32,000 nt of DNA, taken from the NCBI RefSeq assembly GCF_000020025.1, contig NC_010628.1, positions 3,360,001-3,392,000 on the forward strand. The letters run 5' to 3'. Positions 17,763 to 26,026 of the stretch are shown piece by piece. The stretch's first letter is position 1. Every line of letters begins with the position of its first letter. A model generated the notes under the pieces. That model made no database searches and was not told the DNA's origin. It saw nothing but the letters and a program-made list of their open reading frames with translations. Both the position numbers and the translations under genes were made by a program. This DNA is from Nostoc punctiforme PCC 73102 (GTDB lineage Bacteria > Cyanobacteriota > Cyanobacteriia > Cyanobacteriales > Nostocaceae).

Positions 17763-19361
17763 TTAACTCAACTGTGCCACAAGTTGATTTTCCAAAAGCG
17801 TGTCATTTGTTAACAAATCTTCAACGGTAATTCGTAAAAAGCGTTGCTCATCAACTAGAAAGAGAATTTTTATGCGATCGCTTCCAGGATATCCGGCTGG
17901 TGTCAGTTGGGCAATTGTTCTTGCACCTTCTTGGTCGTTGAGGGGTTTAACGCTGGTTTCATTATTATCCAGACGGCGAGTAATTAAGCGATCGCCATCA
18001 AAATAAACTTCGGTACTACCCGTATCTGCTCCCAATTCTCCCATAATCAATTCAATACTAGGTTGATTTTCCAAAGAAGCACCTAAGACTAATTCCACTG
18101 GCTGACTCATTGGATATGCCTGTCCAGCTTTAATCAGAGAATGCCATTTGTGACGCTGATTGCGGCGATCCCAGTAGCGGATACCATAGCTGTGATACAG
18201 AAAGTCTTTGATTTGTATCCCTTGTGCTAACTGTAATGCACCTTGAGCGATCGCTTCAAATGGACGTTCGCAACGGATTTTTTCTGGCTCAAAATACTGT
18301 TTTATCCATGTCTGCACTGCTGGTAATTGCACGGTTCCACCAACTAACAAAACGGCATTAATATCAGGAAGTTCTATCCCTTGCCGTCTTGCTTGCTGCA
18401 ACAGTGTCGTCATCGATTCATCCAATAACTCAAAAAATGCGTGTTCTTTGAGGATATTATCAAAAGTATCCCGGTTTAATTCCAATTCATAGCTTTCAAA
18501 TGTTTCATCATCAAAATAAACTTCACTAGCTTGGTTTTGAGTTGATAGCTGAATTTTTACCCGTTCTGCCAATCGTGTTGTCAAGGGACTTACCGCCAAC
18601 TCTTGAGTTTTGGCAAAGTAATCTACCAACCAATTATCAATATCAGTACCGCCTAAATTTTGCCCAGCTTTCGCCAGGACACGGGCAGTTTTAACTTTTT
18701 GTTTTGAATCTTCAGCCAGAGACTTATTCCCCCACTTGAGGAGAAATCCCAACGGCTTTGTAGTTGCTTGCACGCCTTGATCCAACCGGACAAGGGACAA
18801 ATCTAAAGTACCGCCGCCGAAGTCAATTACCAAGAGAATTTCTTGATCTGCTAAACCATAACCCAAGGCTGCGGCTGTGGGTTCATCCAGCATTCGCACC
18901 TGTTCGACGGGAAGGGATTGGCAAACGTTTCCCAACCAGTGACGATAAGCTTCAAAGCTGTCTACGGGTACGGTTAACACGAGAGAATCTAACCCACCTT
19001 GTAGGGGTGCTAGTTCTTCAATTACTTTGGTGAGGAACCATTGTCCTACTTGTTCAAAGGTGACAATTTGCCCATCTAATTCGGGTAAGAATCCTTGGAT
19101 ATCTGCACCAATACCGCGTTTGAAACTGCGGAAAAATCTAGTTTCGCCTTTGAGGTCAAGACCCTGATCGCGTACTTGTTGCCCGACTAAGACTTGATTC
19201 TGGCTTGCGTCTTCAACGTAAACCAAGCTGGGAATCAGTGGCGGATTGAGACTTTGTTTAATTGATAAACCTGGTAGAGTAAGGGTTTCTGGCTGTTGGG
19301 TTACGGGGTTCCAACGAGCAATGACTGTGTTGCTAGTACCAAAATCGATTGCGATCGCCAT
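17763..19361 (-). CDS. Hsp70 family protein, short non-canonical form (532 aa; NBD plus a beta-rich C-terminal region, no helical lid)
   Basis: IDFGTSNT (phosphate-1), DEPTAAALGYG, VIDFGGGTLDLS (phosphate-2) and LLVGGTVQLPAV (adenosine motif). Confidence 0.9.
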   Translation of the reverse strand: MAIAIDFGTSNTVIARWNPVTQQPETLTLPGLSIKQSLNPPLIPSLVYVEDASQNQVLVGQQVRDQGLDLKGETRFFRSFKRGIGADIQGFLPELDGQIVTFEQVGQWFLTKVIEELAPLQGGLDSLVLTVPVDSFEAYRHWLGNVCQSLPVEQVRMLDEPTAAALGYGLADQEILLVIDFGGGTLDLSLVRLDQGVQATTKPLGFLLKWGNKSLAEDSKQKVKTARVLAKAGQNLGGTDIDNWLVDYFAKTQELAVSPLTTRLAERVKIQLSTQNQASEVYFDDETFESYELELNRDTFDNILKEHAFFELLDESMTTLLQQARRQGIELPDINAVLLVGGTVQLPAVQTWIKQYFEPEKIRCERPFEAIAQGALQLAQGIQIKDFLYHSYGIRYWDRRNQRHKWHSLIKAGQAYPMSQPVELVLGASLENQPSIELIMGELGADTGSTEVYFDGDRLITRRLDNNETSVKPLNDQEGARTIAQLTPAGYPGSDRIKILFLVDEQRFLRITVEDLLTNDTLLENQLVAQLS

Positions 19362-19920
19362 ATTTTATATTTATTATCTCGCACGAAGAGGCTAAAGCTG
19401 CTTTCTTTGTGATTATTCTCTATAAGTTACCAAGAATGCAAATGCGTCCATAGGCTTGCTTTTTTGCATCCCAAGCCAGATATCGATTCAGTCCGTTGCA
19501 ACGAAGTGTTAGCACAGTTAGACAATTGGCTTGTCAGAAAGCCTTCTTTTGGACAGTCTACCGCGCTACAATCCCTATTACTCCATTGAAAAACGCGCCA
19601 CTTAAAAGTTATTACGAATAACTATCAATTAAGAAATACATCCATCTTGGCTCAATGCTAAATAGTTAGTCTGCGATGCCTGCGGTTTTCTCGTTGCGAT
19701 CGCGGTCATTGTCTAATCCGTTACTGAAAATTAACTGTATCTCTGACTGCGTTAGAACTTTGGCGCGCCCGTGCCAATTTATTTTCATAGGGTCTATAAA
19801 GACCCTATGATCCGCAGCCTACAACCATTTGACACCCAATTAGTAACAATTGCTGGACCTAGATTAGGGAAAAGTCGTCAAAATCTTATCATGCAGGTGG
19901 CGACATTCGGTGAGTTTAAG

Positions 19921-19960
19921 AGCGATCACTATTCTTTTCCAAGACGGGTGATCGCTTTTT
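19921..19960 (+). terminator. Rho-independent terminator with no convincing upstream gene
   Basis: AGCGATCAC (18-nt loop) GTGATCGCT, followed directly by a T-run (5 consecutive T, the first of which closes the stem). Confidence 0.55.
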
Positions 19961-20022
19961 AACTATCTATTGGGTACTCTAACCTCAGAGTTTTCTGTAA
20001 ATAAAATTAGAAGGAAAAAATC

Positions 20023-20976
20023 ATGAGTAGTTTTTCTCAAAATCAAGAAAGCTGGATAAGCTATGAAAAAGGTTATGAACCATATATAGGAATAATGACA
20101 GCAGATAAACTGGAAAAAGCTTTTGAAAGAACTGAAAAAACTTTTAATCAAGCTCTTATTGAAGAAGATTCTAAAAGATTACTGGATATTATGAACAGTT
20201 TGAAAAAACATAATAAATTTTTCAGATTACCTAGTATTGCATACGTAGAAATTGAAAGAGAAGAAGATAATGACGATGATAATCCTATACGAAACAATTA
20301 CATAATAGGAGGCAGGCATAGAGTAACTGCATTACTGAACTTAATGGAAAAATGGAATAAAGATAAATATCATTTTGAAGTTCAGGTAGAAATGAGAAGA
20401 GTCAATGATTTTTTGGATATTATTGAATTAATTATTGCAGATAACGAAGGAAGAAGTATGTCAAAAAGTGAAGAAATTTACTTACGGCAGCTTCAAGACA
20501 TTTTACCTTTAATTCAAGATCCTAATATAACTTTTTCTCAATTTATAAATCAAATTTTAAATAATAACGCAGTCAGCAAAAAAGGTAAAGAAAACATAAT
20601 ATCTGCTTATGCCGATTACCAAAAAAACAATCTAGGTTTTAATACAATTATCAAATTACACGGTACTAAAACATATACACAGTTAATAATTAAATCTCTG
20701 TTAAGTAATCTTTTAAATAAAAAACCTCAATTAGGAAAATGGGATGGGATAAAGCTAGAACGTTCAATAAAATGGTGTTGGGGAGGTTATAAAGAAAGCC
20801 CAATTACAAATATAATTAACAAATCAAATATTACTTGGCGTAGTAAAAATAAGCCATTTATAGCAACATTACGGGAAAGTCAGAAATTAAGTAATGGTGA
20901 CATTTATATAGGTAGATGCTACAAGGAGCTAGCAGATTATGCGGTAGAAGAATGGGAGTTTGCTAATAAGCCTTGA
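20023..20976 (+). CDS. ParB/Srx-superfamily (ParB N-terminal-domain-like, DGQHR-like) protein; low-GC orphan
   Basis: 317-aa ORF. NNYIIGGRHRVTALLNL resembles the ParB/DndB Gly-Arg box, and IIADNEGRSMSKSEEIY resembles the ParB ENxxRxxLxxxE segment. GC is about 28-30% by hand count of two 60-nt lines, against ~47% in one line of the adjacent hsp70 gene. Confidence 0.65.
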   Translation: MSSFSQNQESWISYEKGYEPYIGIMTADKLEKAFERTEKTFNQALIEEDSKRLLDIMNSLKKHNKFFRLPSIAYVEIEREEDNDDDNPIRNNYIIGGRHRVTALLNLMEKWNKDKYHFEVQVEMRRVNDFLDIIELIIADNEGRSMSKSEEIYLRQLQDILPLIQDPNITFSQFINQILNNNAVSKKGKENIISAYADYQKNNLGFNTIIKLHGTKTYTQLIIKSLLSNLLNKKPQLGKWDGIKLERSIKWCWGGYKESPITNIINKSNITWRSKNKPFIATLRESQKLSNGDIYIGRCYKELADYAVEEWEFANKP

Positions 20977-21135
20977 GGTAAATAAATATAGTTTTTGGAA
21001 ACGCTAGTCTTCATAATCTATCCCTGAACTCTAACCCCAGCATTACATAGATATCCCCCTCAATTGTTTAATCCATAACACATCCCTCCATACAATCTAA
21101 AAGATTTCAAAATGCGACACATCATTAAGCTCAAG

Positions 21136-21172
21136 ACCTACATCGCCTTCACACGCGGTTGTAGGTTTTTTT
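21136..21172 (+). terminator. Candidate rho-independent terminator downstream of the ParB-like gene
   Basis: ACCTACA (t CGC cttcacac GCG gt) TGTAGGT, followed directly by six more T (seven consecutive T counting the last stem base). Confidence 0.45.
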
Positions 21173-21368
21173 ATATGCCCCACCAGCTGACAAACCCCAC
21201 GCTACAGAATTGTGTGATCGCTTCAAGTCTAAATCCAACTGCCTCAGTCACACAGAAACCAACAGAGCGTTGAAAATTTTGAGATTACTAGCTAATGTCA
21301 ATAAAACAACGTAAGTGACCAAAAAGCTGATTATTTCGTTCACCAATCCAGGCGATTAACCCAGATTT

Positions 21369-21563
21369 ATGAATAAGACACATAGCAAAACTACTTACGT
21401 AGATTATATTGTTAAACTTCCTGAGCGATCGCTGGAGGAATTTTGTCGCTGGGTATACCGCTTCATGGGCAATGCTCAGTTCATCTATCCTCAACATCTA
21501 GCTGAACAACACCAAAAATTTGCTCATGCATTAATAGATTGGTATTCTTCCAAAGCCATATAA
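21369..21563 (+). CDS. Hypothetical protein (64 aa)
   Basis: Preferred over the overlapping antisense ORF 21288-21497 on composition only. No family recognised. Confidence 0.3.
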   Translation: MNKTHSKTTYVDYIVKLPERSLEEFCRWVYRFMGNAQFIYPQHLAEQHQKFAHALIDWYSSKAI

Positions 21564-21645
21564 ATTAAGATAATTGACCCACATGACTTTAATGCTGGGG
21601 GAAAGTAAAAGTAGAGGCACTGGCTAATTAGTACAAAAACCTAAT

Positions 21646-21667
21646 CTAACCCGGAGTTCCGGGTTAG
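21646..21667. terminator. Hairpin between convergent small ORFs (possible bidirectional terminator)
   Basis: CTAACCCGG (agtt) CCGGGTTAG, a 9-bp perfect stem. Flanking U-tracts are poor. Confidence 0.35.
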
Positions 21668-21680
21668 TAGTAGTTCACGC

Positions 21681-21920
21681 TCAATCTTCATGCCGTAACT
21701 GCCATGCTGCACCGCAAGCGGCCCCAGCCCCAGCTAACAATCCGGTACTCATTCCTTGGATAGTTTTTTGGATTGGGTCTTGAGTTAGACAGTCGCTTGT
21801 AACCTTACTGTCTTCTAAGCAGAGATTACTTTCTGCCCAAGCAGCAGTACCTCCCAAAATTACACCAGTTATACTACAGGAAATAACTAGCAGCAAAAGG
21901 CGTTGAGTTTTTCTAACCAT
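21681..21920 (-). CDS. Small exported/membrane protein (79 aa): signal peptide, four Cys, Gly/Ala-rich C-terminal hydrophobic segment
   Basis: MVRKTQRLLLLVISCSITGVILGGTAAWA looks like a signal peptide, and the C-terminal part contains GLLAGAGAACGAAW. Confidence 0.5.
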   Translation of the reverse strand: MVRKTQRLLLLVISCSITGVILGGTAAWAESNLCLEDSKVTSDCLTQDPIQKTIQGMSTGLLAGAGAACGAAWQLRHED

Positions 21921-22069
21921 AGATAGATGTGCTAAAGATTAGAGATAGTAATTTACTTTCAATTACTTTACACATTCTTGCTAGCAAATGTCAGCTGGTT
22001 TCAAAACTAAAATAGGTCAAAGTCGATTTTACCTGCATTTCAAAGATACAAATCACATAAATTATATTT

Positions 22070-23053
22070 TTACCTCTTCTGAGGCACTAATACTGGTATT
22101 TTATGGGCATCGGCTACGGATTTGGCATGTTGCCCAACAGTCACAACATTGAACTGACTGGATATAATTTCCAAACTTTTGTTCACTATTGCCAGCTTCT
22201 TGTAGGTGGGGAGACTCATTCCAGGGAAGAATGATAACTCTGGCACATCCTCTTGACTTACAAAGTCTGTAGGATGGAATAGCAAAGAAGGCTGGACATG
22301 TGTAAGTTTACACAGCCATAGGGCAATTCGCAGGTAGAGTAACGCAGCTTCCGAAGAAAATGTACTTATATACATTATGTAACTGAAGTGAATTGGCACC
22401 TTGAAAATTGGCATGGTGGTTACGGGAATTTCAGTCAATTTATCCTTACCCATCTTCCACTGGTAAGGTTTTAAAGGCTGCAAACCGTCTTTGAAACCGC
22501 CAAACAAGGCTTCGCGTTTCTTGCGTTCTTCCTTGCTCAGTTTACAGGTCATTAAATAATAAGCTCGTGCTATGGGCCCCAAAAATGTGGGAAAAGTTGA
22601 AGCATCATATTCGTATCCCCGTCGTGCTAAGACTTTCAATACCGCAGGCGAAAAACTGTATCCAGGCCCCCGAAAGCCGATAGGATGTTGATGGGTAACG
22701 CGCTTGATATGTTGTTCGGCTAACGCCACTTCTTGTTCAATTTCATCCTCTGAATATAGATGTAGCCAAGGATCATGGTAGAATGAATGATTACCTATTT
22801 CGTGACCAGCGTTAGCGATCGCTTGTAAAGCCTTAGTGTTCTTTTCCAAGGCGGCATCCTGACCCACAATGAAGACTGTGATTGTCACATTCCACTGCTG
22901 AAAAATATCTAAGAAACGAGGGACTGCAATATCTAAGTAAGAGGGAAAAGTCTCCCAACCAGGAGCGCCCTGATTTTTTAGAAAAGACCAAACATTATCC
23001 AAGTCTAAAGAAAGACTGGCTATTGGTTTGTTTCCTCGTAACTTCGTTTTCAT
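22070..23053 (-). CDS. Polysaccharide deacetylase family protein (NodB homology domain)
   Basis: LSLDLDN, TVFIVGQDA, GHEIGNHSFYHD and FRGPGYS are NodB-type motifs. Confidence 0.85.
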   Translation of the reverse strand: MKTKLRGNKPIASLSLDLDNVWSFLKNQGAPGWETFPSYLDIAVPRFLDIFQQWNVTITVFIVGQDAALEKNTKALQAIANAGHEIGNHSFYHDPWLHLYSEDEIEQEVALAEQHIKRVTHQHPIGFRGPGYSFSPAVLKVLARRGYEYDASTFPTFLGPIARAYYLMTCKLSKEERKKREALFGGFKDGLQPLKPYQWKMGKDKLTEIPVTTMPIFKVPIHFSYIMYISTFSSEAALLYLRIALWLCKLTHVQPSLLFHPTDFVSQEDVPELSFFPGMSLPTYKKLAIVNKSLEIISSQFNVVTVGQHAKSVADAHKIPVLVPQKR

Positions 23054-23275
23054 TATGAGTTTAAGTATTTGGATAATTTTAAGCGTAAATTAAGTTTTAG
23101 GAAGACAGATTTAATAACCTGCAACTTGATTCCTTAGAAGTTACTACGACCCGCTATTAGACATCGCACCAGCTACAAAGATTATAAATTAGATCGGCAT
23201 ATTTTCTAGATTATGATGCTCAATTTATATCATTAGTTTCAATAAAAAGCGATTATACAAAAAATTTTCAACATC

Positions 23276-24160
23276 CTAGATATTGATTTGCTGCTTCTGA
23301 GTCAAACACATTGCAATTCCCTTTTCGTAGTAAGCTGCCTCGTTAATAAAAATCGGCCAAACGGTAGATGCACCCTCATAAACAATTGTTTTATTATCAA
23401 AGGTTATAAACATTGGGTCTCCTGGGTTCAAGGCTTGGTAATCCTTGTCCTGAAGCTCTGGATGAATCATCGCAAAGATTTTGCCATCCTGTTGTTTTGG
23501 ATAGTCCACAACTGATAAATGGTCATAGAGAATCAACGTTTCATTAGTTGATGCAATTTTACCTTGATTAAACTGTTCTAGATAGTCGAGAACCGCATAA
23601 ACAAGTTCTTCTGTTTGTTGGAACAACGTCGCTTTTAAGATACCTTGGGCAATAGGGCCAACCTCGATCGCAAATCCTAATTCGCACAGGGAATTTACAA
23701 ATGGATTTTCTGTAATAGATTTAAAAGAGCAGCGATAAATCCTCACCAAAGGGCTAATCTGACTGAGATAAGCAGCCAATTGCAAATTTAATGGATGACT
23801 GTTTACCAAAATAATTGTCAGACCCATGTTAGCTGTGCTGCTGTGCAAGTCTAGGATAAAATCTGCTTGTTTATTTCTGTTTGATCCTAAAGTGTTTTGA
23901 ATTGATTTAGCTTGCAATTCTTCGTAACTGTTAAGAGTTGGATTTTGTAAATCTTGCTTGAGAAAACAGCGATTTAAATCCTTCTCTACATATCGCCTCC
24001 CTGCTGCAAAAGCGTTAGGATTTGCTAACAGAGTAACTGTCTCAAAACTTTGTCTAGTAATCAAGTCGGGAAATTGAGCAAATTTTTCGATTAAATAGGC
24101 CCCAGTAAACTCATTGCCATGAGTTCCACCAACAATTGCAACTCGATTAATTTGGTTCAC
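23276..24160 (-). CDS. Aspartoacylase (AstE/AspA succinylglutamate desuccinylase/aspartoacylase family)
   Basis: The N-terminal VAIVGGTHGNEFTGAYL and LDLHSSTANMG are characteristic zinc-site motifs of this family. Confidence 0.85.
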   Translation of the reverse strand: MNQINRVAIVGGTHGNEFTGAYLIEKFAQFPDLITRQSFETVTLLANPNAFAAGRRYVEKDLNRCFLKQDLQNPTLNSYEELQAKSIQNTLGSNRNKQADFILDLHSSTANMGLTIILVNSHPLNLQLAAYLSQISPLVRIYRCSFKSITENPFVNSLCELGFAIEVGPIAQGILKATLFQQTEELVYAVLDYLEQFNQGKIASTNETLILYDHLSVVDYPKQQDGKIFAMIHPELQDKDYQALNPGDPMFITFDNKTIVYEGASTVWPIFINEAAYYEKGIAMCLTQKQQINI

Positions 24161-24196
24161 AATTACACCAACTCCAGAATGCAGCCTCTCAATTAA

Positions 24197-24358
24197 GAGG
24201 TAGAGGGAAGGGAGCAGGGGGAGATGAGGGAGATGAGGGAGAAAAGAGAAATATTTAGTAATTTTTACTATTCAAATAGCTCGAAATACACTTGCTTGCT
24301 TGTTTCTTTCCCCCTGCTCCCCTGCTCCCTGCTCTCTTCCTCCGTCCTTCCCTGCCTC
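24197..24358. repeat. Purine-rich arm and pyrimidine-rich arm forming an imperfect long inverted repeat; includes tandem GAGATGAGG x2
   Basis: GGGAGCAGGGGGA (24209-24221) is perfectly complementary to TCCCCCTGCTCCC (24308-24320). Both arms are low-complexity GGGAG/CTCCC runs, and a similar C-rich run occurs at 7431-7500. Confidence 0.5.
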
Positions 24359-24372
24359 TTTTTCAATGTACA

Positions 24373-25473
24373 TTATGAAGCATTCAGCGTGCCGATGCGA
24401 TCGCGCCCAGATGGTTCATAAAGATAAGACATATCAGGCCCATCAGGAATAATCCCACCGGGGTTGAGTGGGAATAGGTTCCCGTAGTAGTCTCGTTTCA
24501 CACTCTCGACATCGCAGGTGTCAGCTACACCAGGAAGCTGATATAGATCCCTTAAGTAAGCTCCCAAGTTGTGATAGTCTCGAATTCGCTGCCTATTGCA
24601 CTTAAACAACCCGTAGTAGGCACTATCAAACCTAAACAACGTCGTGAATAAACGGACATCTGCAAGCGTGAGATTGTCTCCACACAAATATCGACTAGTT
24701 TGCAATGCAATGTCAATCTCATCGAGAGTCCCAAACAGTTCATTACAAGCTTGATTGTACGCTTCTTGGGTTTGGGCAAAACCGCAGCGATACACACCGT
24801 TATTTACTGCGTGATAAATTTTCTCATTCCACCAGTCAATTTTCTCTTTGAGTGCTTCTGGGTAAAGATTCAGTGTGGGATTGTTGGCGAACTCGTTAAA
24901 TTCCGAGTTCAGCATGACAATAATCTCTGAACTCTCATTATTAACAATAGTTTTTGTTTGGTTGTCCCATAAAATTGGAACTGTAGAGCGCCCACTGTAA
25001 CCAGGTTCTGCCAGTTGATAAAATTCAGCTAGTGTACGACAACCTTCTTCTTCTTCGTTGAATATCCAACCGCCTTCAATGGGAGAAGGAGAGACAATAC
25101 ATACTGATATTACCGCTTCGAGTTTTTTGAGCGATCGCACAACCAGGGTTCGATGCGCCCAAGGACAACCCAACCCAACATAGAGTCTATAGCGTCCTGC
25201 TGCTGGTGGGTGTGGATTTCCTTCTTCGGTACCAATGAACTTACGAAACTGGCTATTAGGACGAATATATGCTCCCGACTGATTGCTAGGAGCAAGCTTT
25301 GACATCATTATTTGCCACATAGTCGTCCAGACAAACTTTCCCAGCCAGATGATGAGCTTCGGAGGGAGTGTCCTCCCCTTTTTCTTGGGGAGATTTTTTT
25401 CGTCATCCATCGGAGTCGAGTTGCTCATGATGACAATCTTGCTTTGGGAATTCTTACAAGCTAATCGTATCAA
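24373..25473 (-). CDS. Glutathionyl-hydroquinone reductase (Xi-class GST, YqjG/ECM4-like)
   Basis: GRYRLYVGLGCPWAHRTLVVRSLKKLE contains the CPWA active site, and TVPILWDNQTKTIVNNESSEII follows. The start is uncertain: the homologous core begins near the Met pair at about 25306-25308, and the upstream ~55 codons include a hydrophobic stretch. Confidence 0.85.
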   Translation of the reverse strand: MIRLACKNSQSKIVIMSNSTPMDDEKNLPKKKGRTLPPKLIIWLGKFVWTTMWQIMMSKLAPSNQSGAYIRPNSQFRKFIGTEEGNPHPPAAGRYRLYVGLGCPWAHRTLVVRSLKKLEAVISVCIVSPSPIEGGWIFNEEEEGCRTLAEFYQLAEPGYSGRSTVPILWDNQTKTIVNNESSEIIVMLNSEFNEFANNPTLNLYPEALKEKIDWWNEKIYHAVNNGVYRCGFAQTQEAYNQACNELFGTLDEIDIALQTSRYLCGDNLTLADVRLFTTLFRFDSAYYGLFKCNRQRIRDYHNLGAYLRDLYQLPGVADTCDVESVKRDYYGNLFPLNPGGIIPDGPDMSYLYEPSGRDRIGTLNAS

Positions 25474-26026
25474 ACTTGCGATCGTTTTGCTACATCTATA
25501 ACCAAAGAGGTATTGCTTTTTTAAAAAGTTGCTTACTTTCCAGACTTTAATATCTGTATCTGCTGTAATAAATTGCCACTTAATTGACTAAAAGGCTTAA
25601 TGAGGATTTAGCGATATTTTGATTTTTTACCTAACGTGCCTTGTATCACATCAGACCATAAATTTCAAGTTTAGTGTTAAGAAGTAATAGTATTTAAAAC
25701 CTATTCATAAATTTATTTTAGAAACACAACTTTTAAGCCAGCGATATCTAGCGCCAAGCCCGGAAATGTTTATGTGATATAGATTACGATATCATACACC
25801 CTTTCTCCCATAACCCAGTACAGGGATTAATTTAATACTAAATGGCATAGATGATTTACAGCACAATTACTATTGACTAAATAAATTTTACTTTAGCTTA
25901 TTAATAATAATATCGGATCTTAATATCATTAATAAGTATAAAGAAGTCTTTCTATGGATATAAGTTTAGGAATAAATTACTTAAAGAGGAAAACATGAAA
26001 TTTACGTAGTAAGAATTGTAAATAAA

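Noticed and set aside
19771-19962. 63-aa GTG-start ORF upstream of the ParB-like gene
   Set aside because: It has no SD, a perfect 10-bp hairpin in codons 6-13, and its last codons form the terminator stem. It is treated as a possible RNA unit instead (see findings).
21288-21497. 69-aa minus-strand ORF
   Set aside because: It overlaps the marginally more protein-like plus-strand ORF 21369-21563, and neither has support. Only the plus-strand one is listed, at low confidence.
24224-24421. 65-aa plus-strand ORF
   Set aside because: It is a translation of the low-complexity purine and pyrimidine arms, and it overlaps the GST 3' end.
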